NCBI RefSeq assembly: GCF_000142905.1
Contig: NW_013657609.1
Coordinates: 65,305-129,304, forward strand
DNA: 64,000 bases
Reading direction: 5' to 3'
From: Thecamonas trahens ATCC 50062
Lineage: Eukaryota > Protista > Apusomonadida
How positions within the stretch are numbered: the first letter of the stretch is position 1; every line of letters begins with the position of its first letter. Made by a program: the position numbers and the translations under genes. Shown here piece by piece: positions 21,437 through 34,472 of this stretch. Under the pieces are notes generated by a model, which ran no database searches, was not told the DNA's origin, and saw only the letters and a program-made list of their open reading frames with translations.

Positions 21437-24400
21437 CGACGAAGTGCGGAGCGCACGGACGAGTTCTGAAGAGCGCGAGCTTGTGCGACGTGAACTAGCT
21501 GCTATTCGGACCAAGTTTGCTCAAGAGAACACAGACTTCCGTCTGCGTAATGTTGCAAAGCTTCTGTACATGCAGGTATGTCTTCCCCTTACCCATCCCC
21601 TGTCAGCCCTCTCTCCCCTCCTCCCGTCCCGCTGCTGCCACCGTCCCTCGCCGCCCCCTCCCCCCCCTCCCCTTCCCCCTCGCCACTGCCGTGTCGCTCT
21701 TCTGGTGCGATCACGTCACGAGTCGACGACGACCACCACCACCTACAGCTCCCAGCACACCACAAACAGCACCCCCACCCACCAGAACACCACCAGAACA
21801 CTCTCAACATAATCTTCATCCACTTTCCCCACTTTTTTCTTCATACATACCCCCTAGCGAGCCCATGGAAGCCTCCCCCCCCCCCACCGTCGGCTCGGCT
21901 GGGCACATGATGATTGGCCTTGCTTTTTTTGCTCTTCGCCGCCCGCTCGCCTCCTTCCCCACCCCCGCCGCATCCTCCATCGATCCGCCCCGTTGCCAAC
22001 GACCACGACCTCGCCGCTCCTCCTTCCGACCGTTCATCTCGCCCTCTCCCCTTTCGTCTTTGTTCCGTGTGCTAAGATCATTCGCATCCACTGTTTTGTA
22101 TTGTTATCTGCGTATCATCGTGGTGATGGGGATCGGATCGTCTCCTCGTCTGCCCGCTTGCTCGTTTGCTTGATCATCCGCCCGCTTGCTTGTCTGTCTG
22201 CTTGCTCGTCCGCCCGCTTGCTCGCTTGCTTGCTCGCTTGCTCGTCCACCCGCTCGGAGAGTTGAGGGTTGTACTGGTTGCCATGCAGAGCATGGGAATG
22301 GAGACGGGTTTCGGATGGTCTGGGAGTCCGTCGAGTTGGTTGACGGATGGATTGGTTTGCACCAGGTGGTGATCGAAGGCTGGGGCTGGGGCTGGGGCTG
22401 GGGCTGGGGCCGGGGCTGGAGCTGGAGCTGGAGCACAGCTGGAGCTGGAGCACATCATACTGCGGCACGCACTGGAACTCTACTCACCTCTCTTTCTATG
22501 TAACTTGTGCGTGTGTGTGTGTCTCTCTCTGTTTGTGTTGGACTTTAGATGCGGGGCTACTCGACGCAGTTTGCGCAGCTCGAGTGCCTCAAGCTTGTGG
22601 CGTCCGAGTCGTTTGCGCAGAAGCGGGTGGGCTACCTCGGGCTGATGCTTCTGCTCGACGAGGACTCGGAGGTGCTGATGCTGGTGACCAACTCGCTGAA
22701 GAACGACCTCAACCACCCGAACATGTATGTGGTCGGCCTCGCGCTCTGCTCGCTCGGCAACATGTGCACGGCCGACATGGGCCGCGACCTCGCGGGCGAG
22801 GTGGAGAAGCTGCTCTCATCGTCTAACCACTACGTGCGCAAGAAGGCTGCGCTCTGCGCCCAGCGCATCATCCGCAAGTGCCCGGACCTGCTGGAGAACT
22901 TTGTGGGCCTGGCCAAGTCGCAGCTAGTCAAGCGCCACCACGGCGTTCTTCTCACGGGCATCACGCTCATGATCACCATGTGTGAGGTCGACCCGGCGGT
23001 TGTCGGCCCGTTCCGCCGCTTTGTGCCGGCCCTTGTTGGCGCGCTCAAGTCGCTGATCGTCTCAGGCTACGCGCCCGAGCACGACGTCGGCGGCGTGACC
23101 GACCCGTTCATCCAAGTCAAGCTCCTGCGCCTGCTGCGGGTCCTGGGCCGCGGCGACGTCGAGTCGTCGGAGAAGATGAACGATGTGCTCGCCTACGTCG
23201 CCACCAACACCGAGACCAAGCACAACGTTGGCAACGCCATCCTCTACGAGGTTGTGCAGACCATCATGTCGATCGAGGCCGACTCGGGCCTCCGCCTGCT
23301 GGCCGTCAACATCCTCGGGCGTTTCCTCCTCAACAAGGACAACAACATCCGCTATGTGGCGCTCAACACGCTCTCCAAGGCTCTGCACGGCGACCTGCAG
23401 GCTGTTCAGCGCCACCGCGCCACCATCACCCAGTGCCTCAAGGACCCGGACGTCTCGATCCGCAAGCGCGCTCTCGAGCTCTGCTACAAGCTTGTCACCG
23501 ACCGGAACGCCAACGACCTCATTGCCGAGCTCTGCCTCTTTGTTGACGTCATCGACGACGAGTTCCGGCCCTCGCTAGTCGCCAACCTCATCCGCCTCGC
23601 CGGCGAGTTCTCGCAGGGCGACCGCTGGCACGCCAACCTCGCGCTCCGTATCCTCCGCTCGGCCGGCTCATACGTCACACCTGTCGTCGGAGACCGCATC
23701 ATTTCTCTCTTTGCCCGCCTCGAGTCGGAGCAGCAGTACATTGTCAAGCGGCTGTACGACATGCTTATGGATGCGATGAGCTCTGAGGAGCTCAAGCGCG
23801 TCGGCGCGTGGTGCATCGGCGAGTTTGCCGAGCAGCTTGTCGCGCCGGGCGGCGGCGCCGCTGTCTCGCACGTCTCGGTCTCGGACGAGGAAATTGTCAC
23901 CGTCCTCGAGCTCATCGATGGGCAGACGACCACGACCACGCTCACCCGCACCTATGTCCTTACCGCCCTCATCAAGCTCTCTGTCCGTCTCACCGACGAC
24001 GGCGCACACGCTCGCATCCTCGCCCTCCTCTCCTCGTACCAGAACTCGATGCAGGTCGAACTCCAGCAGCGCGCTTGCGAGTACCTCGCCATCTACCAGA
24101 TGACCGACCTCCGCCCCGCGTTGCTCGAGCACATCCCGGTCCTCGAGGTCGACTCGGACGGCGACGGTGACGACGACGATGATGACAACGATGATGACGA
24201 GATTGACGGCAACGACGTGAACCCGACGGCGACGCCGCCCGCTGCGACTCCGGCGGCGGCTGCCCCGGCCAACGGCACCGGCGGGGCGGCGGCTNNNNNN
24301 NNNNNNNNNNNNNNNNNNNNNNNNNNNNNNNNNNNNNNNNNNNNNNNNNNNNNNNNNNNNNNNNNNNNNNNNNNNNNNNNNNNNNNNNNNNNNNNNNNNN

Positions 24401-25245
24401 NNNNNNNNNNNNNNNNNNNNNNNNNNNNNNNNNNNNNNNNNNNNNNNNNNNNNNNNNNNNNNNNNNNNNNNNNNNNNNNNNNNNNNNNNNNNNNNNNNNN
24501 NNNNNNNNNNNNNNNNNNNNNNNNNNNNNNNNNNNNNNNNNNNNNNNNNNNNNNNNNNNNNNNNNNNNNNNNNNNNNNNNNNNNNNNNNNNNNNNNNNNN
24601 NNNNNNNNNNNNNNNNNNNNNNNNNNNNNNNNNNNNNNNNNNNNNNNNNNNNNNNNNNNNNNNNNNNNNNNNNNNNNNNNNNNNNNNNNNNNNNNNNNNN
24701 NNNNNNNNNNNNNNNNNNNNNNNNNNNNNNNNNNNNNNNNNNNNNNNNNNNNNNNNCCGCCCTCGGCGTCGGGCGGCGGCTCGCTGCTCGATCTGCTGTC
24801 GGGCGGCGGGCCTGCGACTGCACCTGCGGCCACGGCTTTGCCCGCGGCCTCGCCTGCGGCTGCGGCGAACAGCGGCGATGGCAGCTTTGCGCCTGTCGAG
24901 GTGTACAACAAGAACAACGTCAAGATCACGTACGCCTTTGCCAAGCAGCCTGGCCGGCCTGAGGTGACTGCTATCAACGCCACGTTTACCAACGGCAACG
25001 CCTTTGAGCTCCGCGATCTCTCGTACCGTATCGCCGTCCCGACGTACATCCAGCTCAAGCTCGGCCCGGCGTCATCGACGGTGGTGCCTGCGGCCAACGG
25101 CGGGGCCGTGACGCAGGTTATCCACCTGCTCAACTCAAAGCACGGCGCCGCGCCGGTCCTTCTCAAGTACCAGCTGGCGTTTAACGCCAACGGCACGCCG
25201 TACACCGAGCAGGGCGACGTCGCCGGCTTGCCTGCCGGCCTGTAA
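21411..25245 (+). CDS. AP1G1: AP-1 complex gamma adaptin; exons 21411-21575 and 22549-25245 (hinge spans an N-gap)
   Basis: LREFIDEVRSART..EER, RNVAKLLYMQ|MRGY..F.QLECLKL, KRVGYLGLMLLLDE, DPFIQVKLLRLL, NAILYE, ELQQRACEY, C-terminal GAE ear. Confidence 0.96.
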
Positions 25246-25271
25246 AGACAAGCGAGAGCAGTTCGCCAAAG

Positions 25272-26884
25272 TCAGCGGCGGCGGACGCGGATCGAGGAGG
25301 AGCGCGGCGAGGAGCGCGGCGAGGCGGTGCGTCGCGAGCTTGAGCGCGAGGGCGAGGAGCTCGTCGCGAGGCCGGCCGAAGGCGAGGCGGCGGCGGTGGC
25401 GGCGCCAATGACACGGGCGTAGTCGCGTGAGACCCGCCAGTACTCGTCGTCGATCTGGATGAGGATGCCGGCCGAGGTGAGGAAGGAGATAGTGTCGAGA
25501 ATGGTGGCGTCCTGCTCGATGGCGGCCGGGAGCTGCGAGATCTGGTGCGAGATGGAGAGGAAGGAGACGCCGGTGGTTGGGCCCTGGCAGGCGAGGATGA
25601 TGCGGACGACAGCGGCTTGGAAGTCTGAGAGGGCCGGGAAGCGCCACGGCGCCAAGCCGTGGCTTCTCACGAGCGATTCCATCTCGCTCGAGTCTGAATC
25701 ATCCGAGTCGGAGATGATCTGCCGGTTGGCCGGCTCGATGAGGGTGTCGTGTGGCGCGGCGCCGCCAAAGAGGCCGTCGTAGTTGAAGCCAAGCGGAAGG
25801 GTGTCGCGCGCGGCCGGCTGCGGTGGCTGCGCTGGCGACCATAAGAGGTGGGAGAGCGAGCTCGTCGACTCGCCGCGGCGGTAGCGGGCGTAGTCGGAGA
25901 GCGATGGCGGGGTAGTGCGGCGGTGGCTGCCGGCGCGCGGCGGCGAGCGCGACGTGGTTGCCGGGCGCGGCGGGGCGGCAGCAAGGCGGGCCTCGAGCTT
26001 CTCGATGCGAGCGGCGGCGGCAGCGTTCTCCTTGGCCAGCTCGTCGACGATGGAGACGACACCTAGGAGGTGGTCGGCGGCGGATGAGGCAACGTGGTCG
26101 TCGAGCGCCGCCGTCTCGCGGCGCGGGAACGAGACTTGACAGCCAAAGCGGGCATACGGGCAGGGGACGAGCTTCTCGGGGCACTCGTGGCTCTCGTGCA
26201 GCGGAAGATCGGCGCGTACACCGTGCCAGCCACACTTGCAGCTCTCAGGCGCCTGCGGGCAGGTGGAGGCGGCGTGGTCATCAAGCTCGGCGGCGAGGAC
26301 AGAGTCGTCGCCGCACACGGCACAGACGACGAGGCGCATGGGGCAGGCAGCGGCATGGGACTCGATGGCGGAGCGGAGAACGGATGCGCCACACTGGCCG
26401 CAAGCCGTGTTGGCCAGCATGCATGCCGTCCGGAGATGCTCGGGCAGAGCCTGGAACTCGCCAAGCCAGTCACAGCCGGCAGCAGCGTTGGAGCACTTGC
26501 AGTCGTGCTCGTCGATGATGGCGCGGAGGTTGCGGTCGGGCATGACGGCGCCGAGCGAAAAGGTGGAGCGATCCAGCGGACAGAGCGGCGGGTCGGCCAG
26601 CTCGCACAGCTGGTAGGTGCAGACTCTGCAGAAGACGTGTCCGCAAGGCAGCCGCTGCGGATCATCGAGGATGCCCGCGCAGACGATGCACCAGAGGGGC
26701 GAGCCCTGCGTGAGGGGAGGGGAGGGGGAGGGGTTAGTGGATGTGGTGGTGGTGGTGATGGTGGTGATGGTGGTGATGGTTGGTGGTGGTGATGGTGGTG
26801 ATAGTGGTGATGGGGGTGGTGGTGGTGGTGGTGGTGATGGTGGTGGTGGTGATGGTGGTGATGGGGGTGACCATGATGATGACC

Positions 26885-26921
<37 letters not shown>

Positions 26922-27112
26922 NNNNNNNNNNNNNNNNNNNNNNNNNNNNNNNNNNNNNNNNNNNNNNNNNNNNNNNNNNNNNNNNNNNNNNNNNNNNNNN
27001 NNNNNNNNNNNNNNNNNNNNNNNNNNNNNNNNNNNNNNNNNNNNNNNNNNNNNNNNNNNNNNNNNNNNNNNNNNNNNNNNTGATGATGATCGATGATGAT
27101 CGATCGATGATC

Positions 27113-27159
<47 letters not shown>

Positions 27160-27161
27160 CC

Positions 27162-27195
<34 letters not shown>

Positions 27196-27380
27196 CCATG
27201 ATGATGATGATATGATGATGATGATGATGATGATAATGGTGACAATAATGACTCTGACCATGACCATGTCTCCCCCCTCCCCCTTCCCCCCCTCCCCCTC
27301 CCCCTCCCCCCCTCCCCCCCCGCCTACCCACGTACCTGCTTAAAGGCAGGTTGGAACAGCTCGGCCGGCACAGCAGACAT
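25272..27380 (-). CDS. RING + TRAF zinc-finger E3 ligase with C-terminal winged-helix; exons 27380-27336 and 26705-25272
   Basis: CIVC...LPCGHVFCRVC...CPLDR RING; C.N...GCDW.G..L.EH...C and several C..C...H...C TRAF fingers; coiled coil; donor GTACGT, CAG acceptor, phase 0. Confidence 0.85.
26745..27240. repeat. (GGT)n/(GAT)n microsatellite filling the intron, spanning a gap
   Basis: Long trinucleotide runs. Confidence 0.9.
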
Positions 27381-28009
27381 ATCCGCTTTCCTTCCCACAC
27401 CACTCCTTCCTCCTCCTGTTGCACACTATAGTGTCAAGTGGTGTGGTCTGTCCCCTTCTGCCTCCCCTGTGCCCATGCCCATGCCCCCCTCCCCTCCCCC
27501 TGCTGTTGCTCACTTGTCTCAATCCCGCCCATTCCCGCTCAAATGGAACTATGCTCAACGGATGGGATACGGCGGCCTGATCGGGGCGAGTGGGGGGGGG
27601 GGGGGGGGACACATCGCAGCCGATTGAAGAGACGTAGTGATGGAGAGGGAGATGTATGTGCGTGGTGGTGGTGGTGGTGGCGGTGGTGGTGGTGGTGGTG
27701 GTGGTGGTGGTGGTGGTGGTGGTGGGTGTGGATGTGATGGACATGATGCGGGTGATAGGCCTGTTTGAAGGTGGGCGATCGGAGGTGGGTGAGACCACAT
27801 CGCAGCCGATCAAGGATATCATGACGATGAGAGGGCAAACTTCATGGACATGATGTGGCTTGCGAGACTCTACATACGGAACGATGGCCATGGATGGAGG
27901 AGGGAGGGGAGGGGAGGGGGTGATCAAGCGCCAAAGCATCGCGCAGCCTCTCCTCCTCATCGACTCGCCGCCTTCGCACCTGACTCATCACCGCCCGGCC
28001 CTTACCGCC

Positions 28010-29821
28010 ATGCCGCCCACGGCCAAGACGACTGATGTGGTGGTGGTCGGTGCAGGCTTCTCCGGCCTTGCAGCTGCTCGTGCGCTCCGCTCGGCCGGTC
28101 TCGACGTTGTCGTTATCGATGCTCGCACCAGGGTTGGCGGCCGGGCTCGGACGGCCAACCTTTTTCGTGCATGCAACACTGTACATGCAGATGACGGCGC
28201 GAGGACGGATGCTGGCAATGGCAACCACGACGGATCGCATTTTGTCAAAGATCGGCGTGCTGGAAGCCCATCAGCTACGGTGTCGATCGACGCAAGCAAT
28301 AGCCAGACCGTGGCGTGGTCAGAGGTGATCGTGCTCCCGGCGACGGACGATCCGGACGCCGAGGCTGTGATCGAGGCCGAGGCGCTGCTTCTCGGGGCCA
28401 AGTTTGATTCGGGCGCTGCCTATATCGGCCCGCGCCATGTTCATGCTCGGCTGTGGGAGCTTGTTGATGAGTTTGGTCTCGAGACGTGGGCCGTGCCGGT
28501 CGATGGCCTCAACGTGCTCGTCCGCTCGGCGGCAGACGGTGGCATCCTCACCTACTCTGGTACCATCCCGGGTCTTTCATGGCTTGCGCTTCTTGATCTC
28601 AACCACGCGCTCCGCTGGCTGACTGAGAACTGCGTCAAAGTACCACTGGACATGCCGCATCGCGCGCCGCGCGCCGCCGAGTGGGATGCTGTCACGGTGC
28701 AGGCCTGGATGGACCGGACGATGTGGTCGGCATCGGCCAAGGCCCTCCTTGCCTCGGCTGTTCGCGCCGTGCTCTTTGTTGAACCGGCTCAGATTTCACT
28801 GTTGTTTTGGTTGGCGTACTGCCACCACGGCCAAGGCCCCATCATGCTCGCCGAGACCCGCGGCGGCGCGCAGGAGTCCAAGATCACGGCCGGCATGACT
28901 GCTGTTGCCACGAGCATAGCCGAAGCCATCGGCCCACACGCTTTCCACCTTGGCGATCCGGTTCTTTCTATCGCTCAGGATGATGATGGCGGCAGCGTTG
29001 TGTGCGCGTCAGGCACAGTCGTCAACGCCCGCGCTGTCGTCGTCGCTATGGGTCCATCGCTCGCCGGCCGGCTCAGCTACGACCCACCGCTCCCGCCGCG
29101 CAAGACTCTCATCACCCAGAGCATGCCCATGGGCGCCATCATCAAGTGCGTTATGTGGTATCCGACTCCGTTCTGGCGACTCCGTGGATTCTCGGGCATG
29201 GTGGTGAATAGCGATGTGTCAGCCGGGCCCATCTCGGTCGCCTTTGACGACTCGCTCCCGGGCACCGACGCCGCAGCACTCGTCGGCTTCATCTCGGCGT
29301 CGGCAGCCATCGAGTGGGGCCAGATGAGCCGGAAGCAGCGTGCGCAGGCTGTAGCCGCACAGTACGCATTCATCTTTGGCAGAGAAGCCGGCACGCCGTC
29401 GCCCATTGCCTACGCCGAGCACGACTGGCTGGAGGCGCGCTGGTCGTGGGGAGGTCCGACAGGAGCGGCACCGCCAGGCGTGCTCACAACGGCCAGCGGA
29501 GAGTTAGCGACGCGCCATGGCTGTGTTCATTTCGCCGGCACAGAGACCGCCTGCGAGTGGCAGGGTTACGTCGAGGGTGCGCTCGAGGCGGGCTACAGGG
29601 TGGCGAGCGAGGTTGCGGCAACGCTGGGCGGGCGAGTCGACGCCCGTTACATCCGCTCACCATCAGGATGGCGCGGTCGGCGTGTGCCGACGCTCCCGCT
29701 ACCCGACCGCTGGCTGCCGTCTGTCACCGGCCTGTTCTGCGGCCTGCTAGCGGCGCTGAGCCTCACGGCGAGTCTCGCCCTTGCTACTGGTGCTGCGGGT
29801 ACATGGGCGAGCCGGCGTTGA
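28010..29821 (+). CDS. Flavin-containing amine oxidase (MAO-like) with C-terminal membrane anchor
   Basis: [49 protein letters not shown]...[28 protein letters not shown]. Confidence 0.92.
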   Translation: MPPTAKTTDVVVVGAGFSGLAAARALRSAGLDVVVIDARTRVGGRARTANLFRACNTVHADDGARTDAGNGNHDGSHFVKDRRAGSPSATVSIDASNSQTVAWSEVIVLPATDDPDAEAVIEAEALLLGAKFDSGAAYIGPRHVHARLWELVDEFGLETWAVPVDGLNVLVRSAADGGILTYSGTIPGLSWLALLDLNHALRWLTENCVKVPLDMPHRAPRAAEWDAVTVQAWMDRTMWSASAKALLASAVRAVLFVEPAQISLLFWLAYCHHGQGPIMLAETRGGAQESKITAGMTAVATSIAEAIGPHAFHLGDPVLSIAQDDDGGSVVCASGTVVNARAVVVAMGPSLAGRLSYDPPLPPRKTLITQSMPMGAIIKCVMWYPTPFWRLRGFSGMVVNSDVSAGPISVAFDDSLPGTDAAALVGFISASAAIEWGQMSRKQRAQAVAAQYAFIFGREAGTPSPIAYAEHDWLEARWSWGGPTGAAPPGVLTTASGELATRHGCVHFAGTETACEWQGYVEGALEAGYRVASEVAATLGGRVDARYIRSPSGWRGRRVPTLPLPDRWLPSVTGLFCGLLAALSLTASLALATGAAGTWASRR

Positions 29822-32788
29822 CCGACGAGTACTGCATCTGCTGGGGGATACCCTGCTGCGGCATGCCCATGCCCTGCTGCGGCATGCCCATGCCCTGCTG
29901 CGGCATGCCCATGCCCTGCTGCGGCATGCCCATACCCTGCTGCGGCATGCCCATACCCTGCTGCGGCATGCCCATGCCCTGCTGTGACGGCATAAACGAC
30001 GTCGAGCCGCCATAGGTCGTGGCGTCGCCGTACGTCGGCATGCCCGACATCATGGCTCCGTCAGACTGATACGACTGCCCGCCGCCGTAAGACGACATGT
30101 ACGCGCCGCCGGACGGCTGTGGCATGCCGCCACCGACCATGCCACCGCCACCATGCCACCGCTGACCATGCCACCGCTGACCATGCCACCGCTGACCATG
30201 CCACCGCTGACCATGCCACCGCTGACCATGCCACCGCTGACCATGCCACCGCTGACCATGCCACCGCTGACCATGCCACCGCTGACCATGCCGCCACCGA
30301 CCATGCCGCCACCGACCATGCCGCCACCCGGCCCACCGCCGTTTGGCGCCCCACCGACAACGAGGCCACCAGGGCCGACAATGCCACCAGGCCCAGGCGT
30401 ACCGCCACCCGGCCCGCCACCGACCATGCCGCCGACCATGCCGCCACCGACCATGCCGCCGACCATGCCGCCGCCGACCATACCGCCTCCACTCGGGCCA
30501 GCGCCGCTCATGGCAGCGCCGCCAGGCCCGACGGCCATGGCAGCACCGCCCGGCCCGGTGGCCGAAGCCATCGGATCCTCGGCATCGGCGCCCGACTTGA
30601 GCGTCTTGAGGTAGTCAAAGTAGAAGCGGAGAGAGACCGGATCAACAGGCCAGTCGCCCGGGATGCGGTCCGAGCGGTCTGAGTACTTGGAGCGTGTCCG
30701 CTGGGTAATGGAGAGCACATCCTGGACAAGGATGCGGCCGCGGCCGACGAGGGCACCGCCCTTCTTGGACAGCTTCTTGATGTCCTCCTTGGGCTCCTCC
30801 ACCTCCATCAGCATGCCCGGGTGCTCGTTGAGGGTGGAGAGGAAGAGCTCCCAGCCGTCGAGACCGACGTCGTTGCCGTCCCACACCAGCGTCTGCAGCG
30901 AGGCGTTCTTGGCGAGAGCCTTGCACAGGGCTTCCATGCCCTCATCGCCCATCTCGTTGTCCGAGATGTCGAGGTGCCAGAGCGAGCGGTTGCGGGCCAG
31001 TGCCTTGAAGACGGTCTGGATGGCGTCGCCCATCTCGCCGCCGCGCGAGCCACAGATCTGCAGCACCCGGATGTTGGTGGGCGCGGTGAGGAGGCGGGCA
31101 AGGTGCCCGGCGCCCTCCTCAGCGTCGGTCCCAGCCCGAAGGTTGTTTGAGAGCGAGAGAGCCTGCAGCGATGAGACCGAGATGACGGCGTCGACAATGA
31201 CGCCGATGCCTTCCGAGGTCAGCGCGTTCGACGAAATGTTGAGGGTGTGGACGTTGGTGGCAGCGCGGATGGTGTCGGCGATCTTCTGCGCACCGTAGAA
31301 CGAGAGGTTGTTGTTGGAGATGTCGATGCGGAGCCGCGGGAGCGAAACGTTGGAGATGAGCGCCTGCAGGATAGACTGGACCGTATCGCCGTCGAGGCCG
31401 CAGCTGGAGAGGCCCAGCACCTTGAGACGCTGCGACGAGGCGCAAAACTGGACGAGCTCCTGGACAGCGTCAAAGGCAATCTCGTTGCCCGAGAGGTTCA
31501 CCGACTCGAGCGACGGCAGCTCGCGCATGGCCGAGACCAAGACCCGGACGTCGGCCTTGGTGTTCTGTAGCGAGAGGGTGACGAGGCGAACCCGTGAGGT
31601 GAGCCGGTCGTAGAGGTTGGAGGCGTCCGGGCCCGACGCCGGGTCGATCGGCGTCGACGCCGACTCGGCGTCGGTCGCTGCCAGGACCCGGAGCATGTCG
31701 GCCAGCGCCCGCGAGCCCGACTCCTCGAGCCGGTTGTCCGAGACGTTGATCTCGGCGACAGGCTTGAGGTGGGCGACGGCAGAGGCACATGCCTCGAGCA
31801 GCGCGCACATACCCTTGGGCGTACACGCGTTGTTGGCAAAGTTAATGGCAGTCAGCGGGGTCTCCATCTTGGAAATGACCGCGGCAAAGGCGGTCATGAT
31901 CTTGTCGCCGAGCTGGTTGCTCGGGAGCACAAAGCCGCCGACCGCGTGGTCGTCCGAGTCGCCAAGCTCCTCGGCTACCTCGGCCCAGGCTGAGGACTCG
32001 ATGCCGCGGATGTCGATGGTCTCGATGGTCGAGTTGTGCTCGAGCGTATCGGCGAGCATGGGGATGAGCGGCCCAAGGCGCTTGGGCACAACAAACTGCG
32101 TCCCATCGAGTGCAATCTTTTCGCACCACGTGTTGAACCGCAGGGCGCGGAAGAGCGGTAGAATGGCTGAGAGAATTTCCTTCGACGGAGGGTCCTTGCC
32201 GGTGTTGAGAATCGAGGTCAGGTCGACGACGTTGGTCCCGTACGTCACGGCGGCGCGAATCGAGTCCAAGATCGGCTGTAGGACAGGCATCTTCAGGTAG
32301 GCACACCACGCCTCGTACGTGACGGCAAAGTTGCCAGCCGGCGAGAAGCCGACCGAGACCTCGGCGGCAAAGGCCGAGTCGGGCGCGCGGTAGTCGTAAA
32401 GGAACTCATCGGGAAAGCCGAGGGTAATGGGGGCGTAGGCCTCACGGACAGCATCAATGATGTCATCGGCGTTGTTCGCCTTGAGCTCGACCGACTCTTC
32501 CCCAAAGACAAGCAGGACATGATGCGGCGGCTGATACTGGATCTCATCCAGATCGTACCAGTGTACCTTGATGCGGACCTTGCGTCCAAGGGCGGCCTTT
32601 TTGATGATGAACAGAAAGTGCTCCGAGATGACCATGACTCGCTGGTCCGGCTTGCCCTTGCGGTTGACCTTGACCACCCACGTGGTGAGAAACGACTTTT
32701 TCCCTCCCAGCTGCTTGTCCACATACTTGAGGTCTGCGTCCGAGATTTCGGGCACAGACAGTGCCGGATCAAACTCCTCGTCCGACAT
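29784..32788 (-). CDS. CARMIL-like PH + leucine-rich-repeat protein with Gly/Met/Gln repeat tail; apparent frameshift at ~30150
   Basis: N-terminal PH-like [45 protein letters not shown]-type LRRs ([27 protein letters not shown]); GGMVS and QQGMGMP repeats. Confidence 0.82.
29850..30325. repeat. Coding tandem repeats: 21-bp (QQGMGMP x~7) and 15-bp (GGMVS x~12)
   Basis: (ccctgctgcggcatgcccatg)n and (ccatgccaccgctga)n. Confidence 0.9.
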
Positions 32789-34398
32789 TACTTGCCGCGC
32801 GACCACAAACTGTGATGATCTATACACGTTGCCCAATGGCGGTGCGCTGGCGTGAGTCTTGCCCCCTCCAAATACGACCTTTTCCGTCCCTTTTTTTTCG
32901 GGTTGGCAGCCGGTATCTCTTGCCGGATGTATGTGTGGGGATGCCTCCTGTGTGGGGTATAACCATCGTATTACGTGCAAAATTAGAGCACACATAGGTT
33001 GGATGTATGTCTCTATGATGGCATGCTTGGAGCTTCCATGGTGTGGCTGTCACCCAAGGTAGACCGTGTTCTGTGGTGGTGGTGGGACATGCCAGGTGTG
33101 TGTGGGTGTGGGTGGCTGAAGGGGGGAAACAGGACGGGGGGGTGGTGGGGGTTGGCGAAGCTCCTGCGAGGGATAGGAACATAATGATGGGCAGAAAACA
33201 GGCACACATATACATTACATATATACACACATGTGCATACAATTAGCTATATGCTATTCATCATGTACACCACAGTAGGGCATGCCCAAGACTGGCTGGC
33301 TTTCGTGGCTGGTGGCTGGTGCTGCTGCGAAGGTGTGCGTTGGCCAAAATGTCCAATCATGGACGAACAGCTGCGAGGTGGGGAGGGTGGGGGGTTTCAA
33401 AACTCCCCATGTTCCCTGGGTGGGAGTTATGATCCAAATTCAATTCTATACTTTCTTCCAAANNNNNNNNNNNNNNNNNNNNNNNNNNNNNNNNNNNNNN
33501 NNNNNNNNNNNNNNNNNNNNNNNNNNNNNNNNNNNNNNNNNNNNNNNNNNNNNNNNNNNNNNNNNNNNNNNNNNNNNNNNNNNNNNNNNNNNNNNNNNNN
33601 NNNNNNNNNNNNNNNNNNNNNNNNNNNNNNNNNNNNNNNNNNNNNNNNNNNNNNNNNNNNNNNNNNNNNNNNNNNNNNNNNNNNNNNNNNNNNNNNNNNN
33701 NNNNNNNNNNNNNNNNNNNNNNNNNNNNNNNNNNNNNNNNNNNNNNNNNNNNNNNNNNNNNNNNNNNNNNNNNNNNNNNNNNNNNNNNNNNNNNNNNNNN
33801 NNNNNNNNNNNNNNNNNNNNNNNNNNNNNNNNNNNNNNNNNNNNNNNNNNNNNNNNNNNNNNNNNNNNNNNNNNNNNNNNNNNNNNNNNNNNNNNNNNNN
33901 NGGGGGAGGGGAGGGGGACAGCGTTGGCCGGTTCTTGGTTGGCCTTTGGCAGGCAATGATGATCCTTGCTGGTGGTTTGGAGAGATCGACTTGGTTGATT
34001 AGGGGGATGTGTATGCGTATGTATATGATGTGTGTATGTGTGTAAGTATCAGCATCAGCATATGGTTCTGTCATCATACCGTGGGTTGCTGTGGTAATGG
34101 CTGTTGTGGTCATGACTGTTGTGGTCATGGCTGTTGTGGTCGTGGCTGTTGTGGTCGTGGCTGCTGTGGTCGTGGCTGCTGTGGTCATGACTGTGAGTGA
34201 TGCTGAGTATGCATCATTCGATCGTTGGCAGCCCATGAGTAGAGCGAGGGTGATCAAACTGGTCCCCCTCCCCTCCACCCCCCCTTCCCCCCTCCCCCCC
34301 CCTCCCCCTCCTCATACGGGTTAATCGAGTTGTGAACGTTGAACTAATCGATTGTTTGGCGGCCGCCGACCGGCAGCCACTCGACGGGGCCGCCACTC

Positions 34399-34430
<32 letters not shown>

Positions 34431-34472
34431 CGGGGCACCACCGCACTCTGCCGAAACCGGACCCGGACGGAC

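Noticed and set aside
22071-22090. GCTAAGATCA matching U2 snRNA
   Set aside because: Not followed by the branch-pairing GTGTAGTA nor preceded by the U2 5' stem
32990-34000. Possible small multi-exon gene between the CARMIL-like gene and ZGRF1
   Set aside because: Splice-like sites exist, but no consistent frame or homology, and a gap interrupts it
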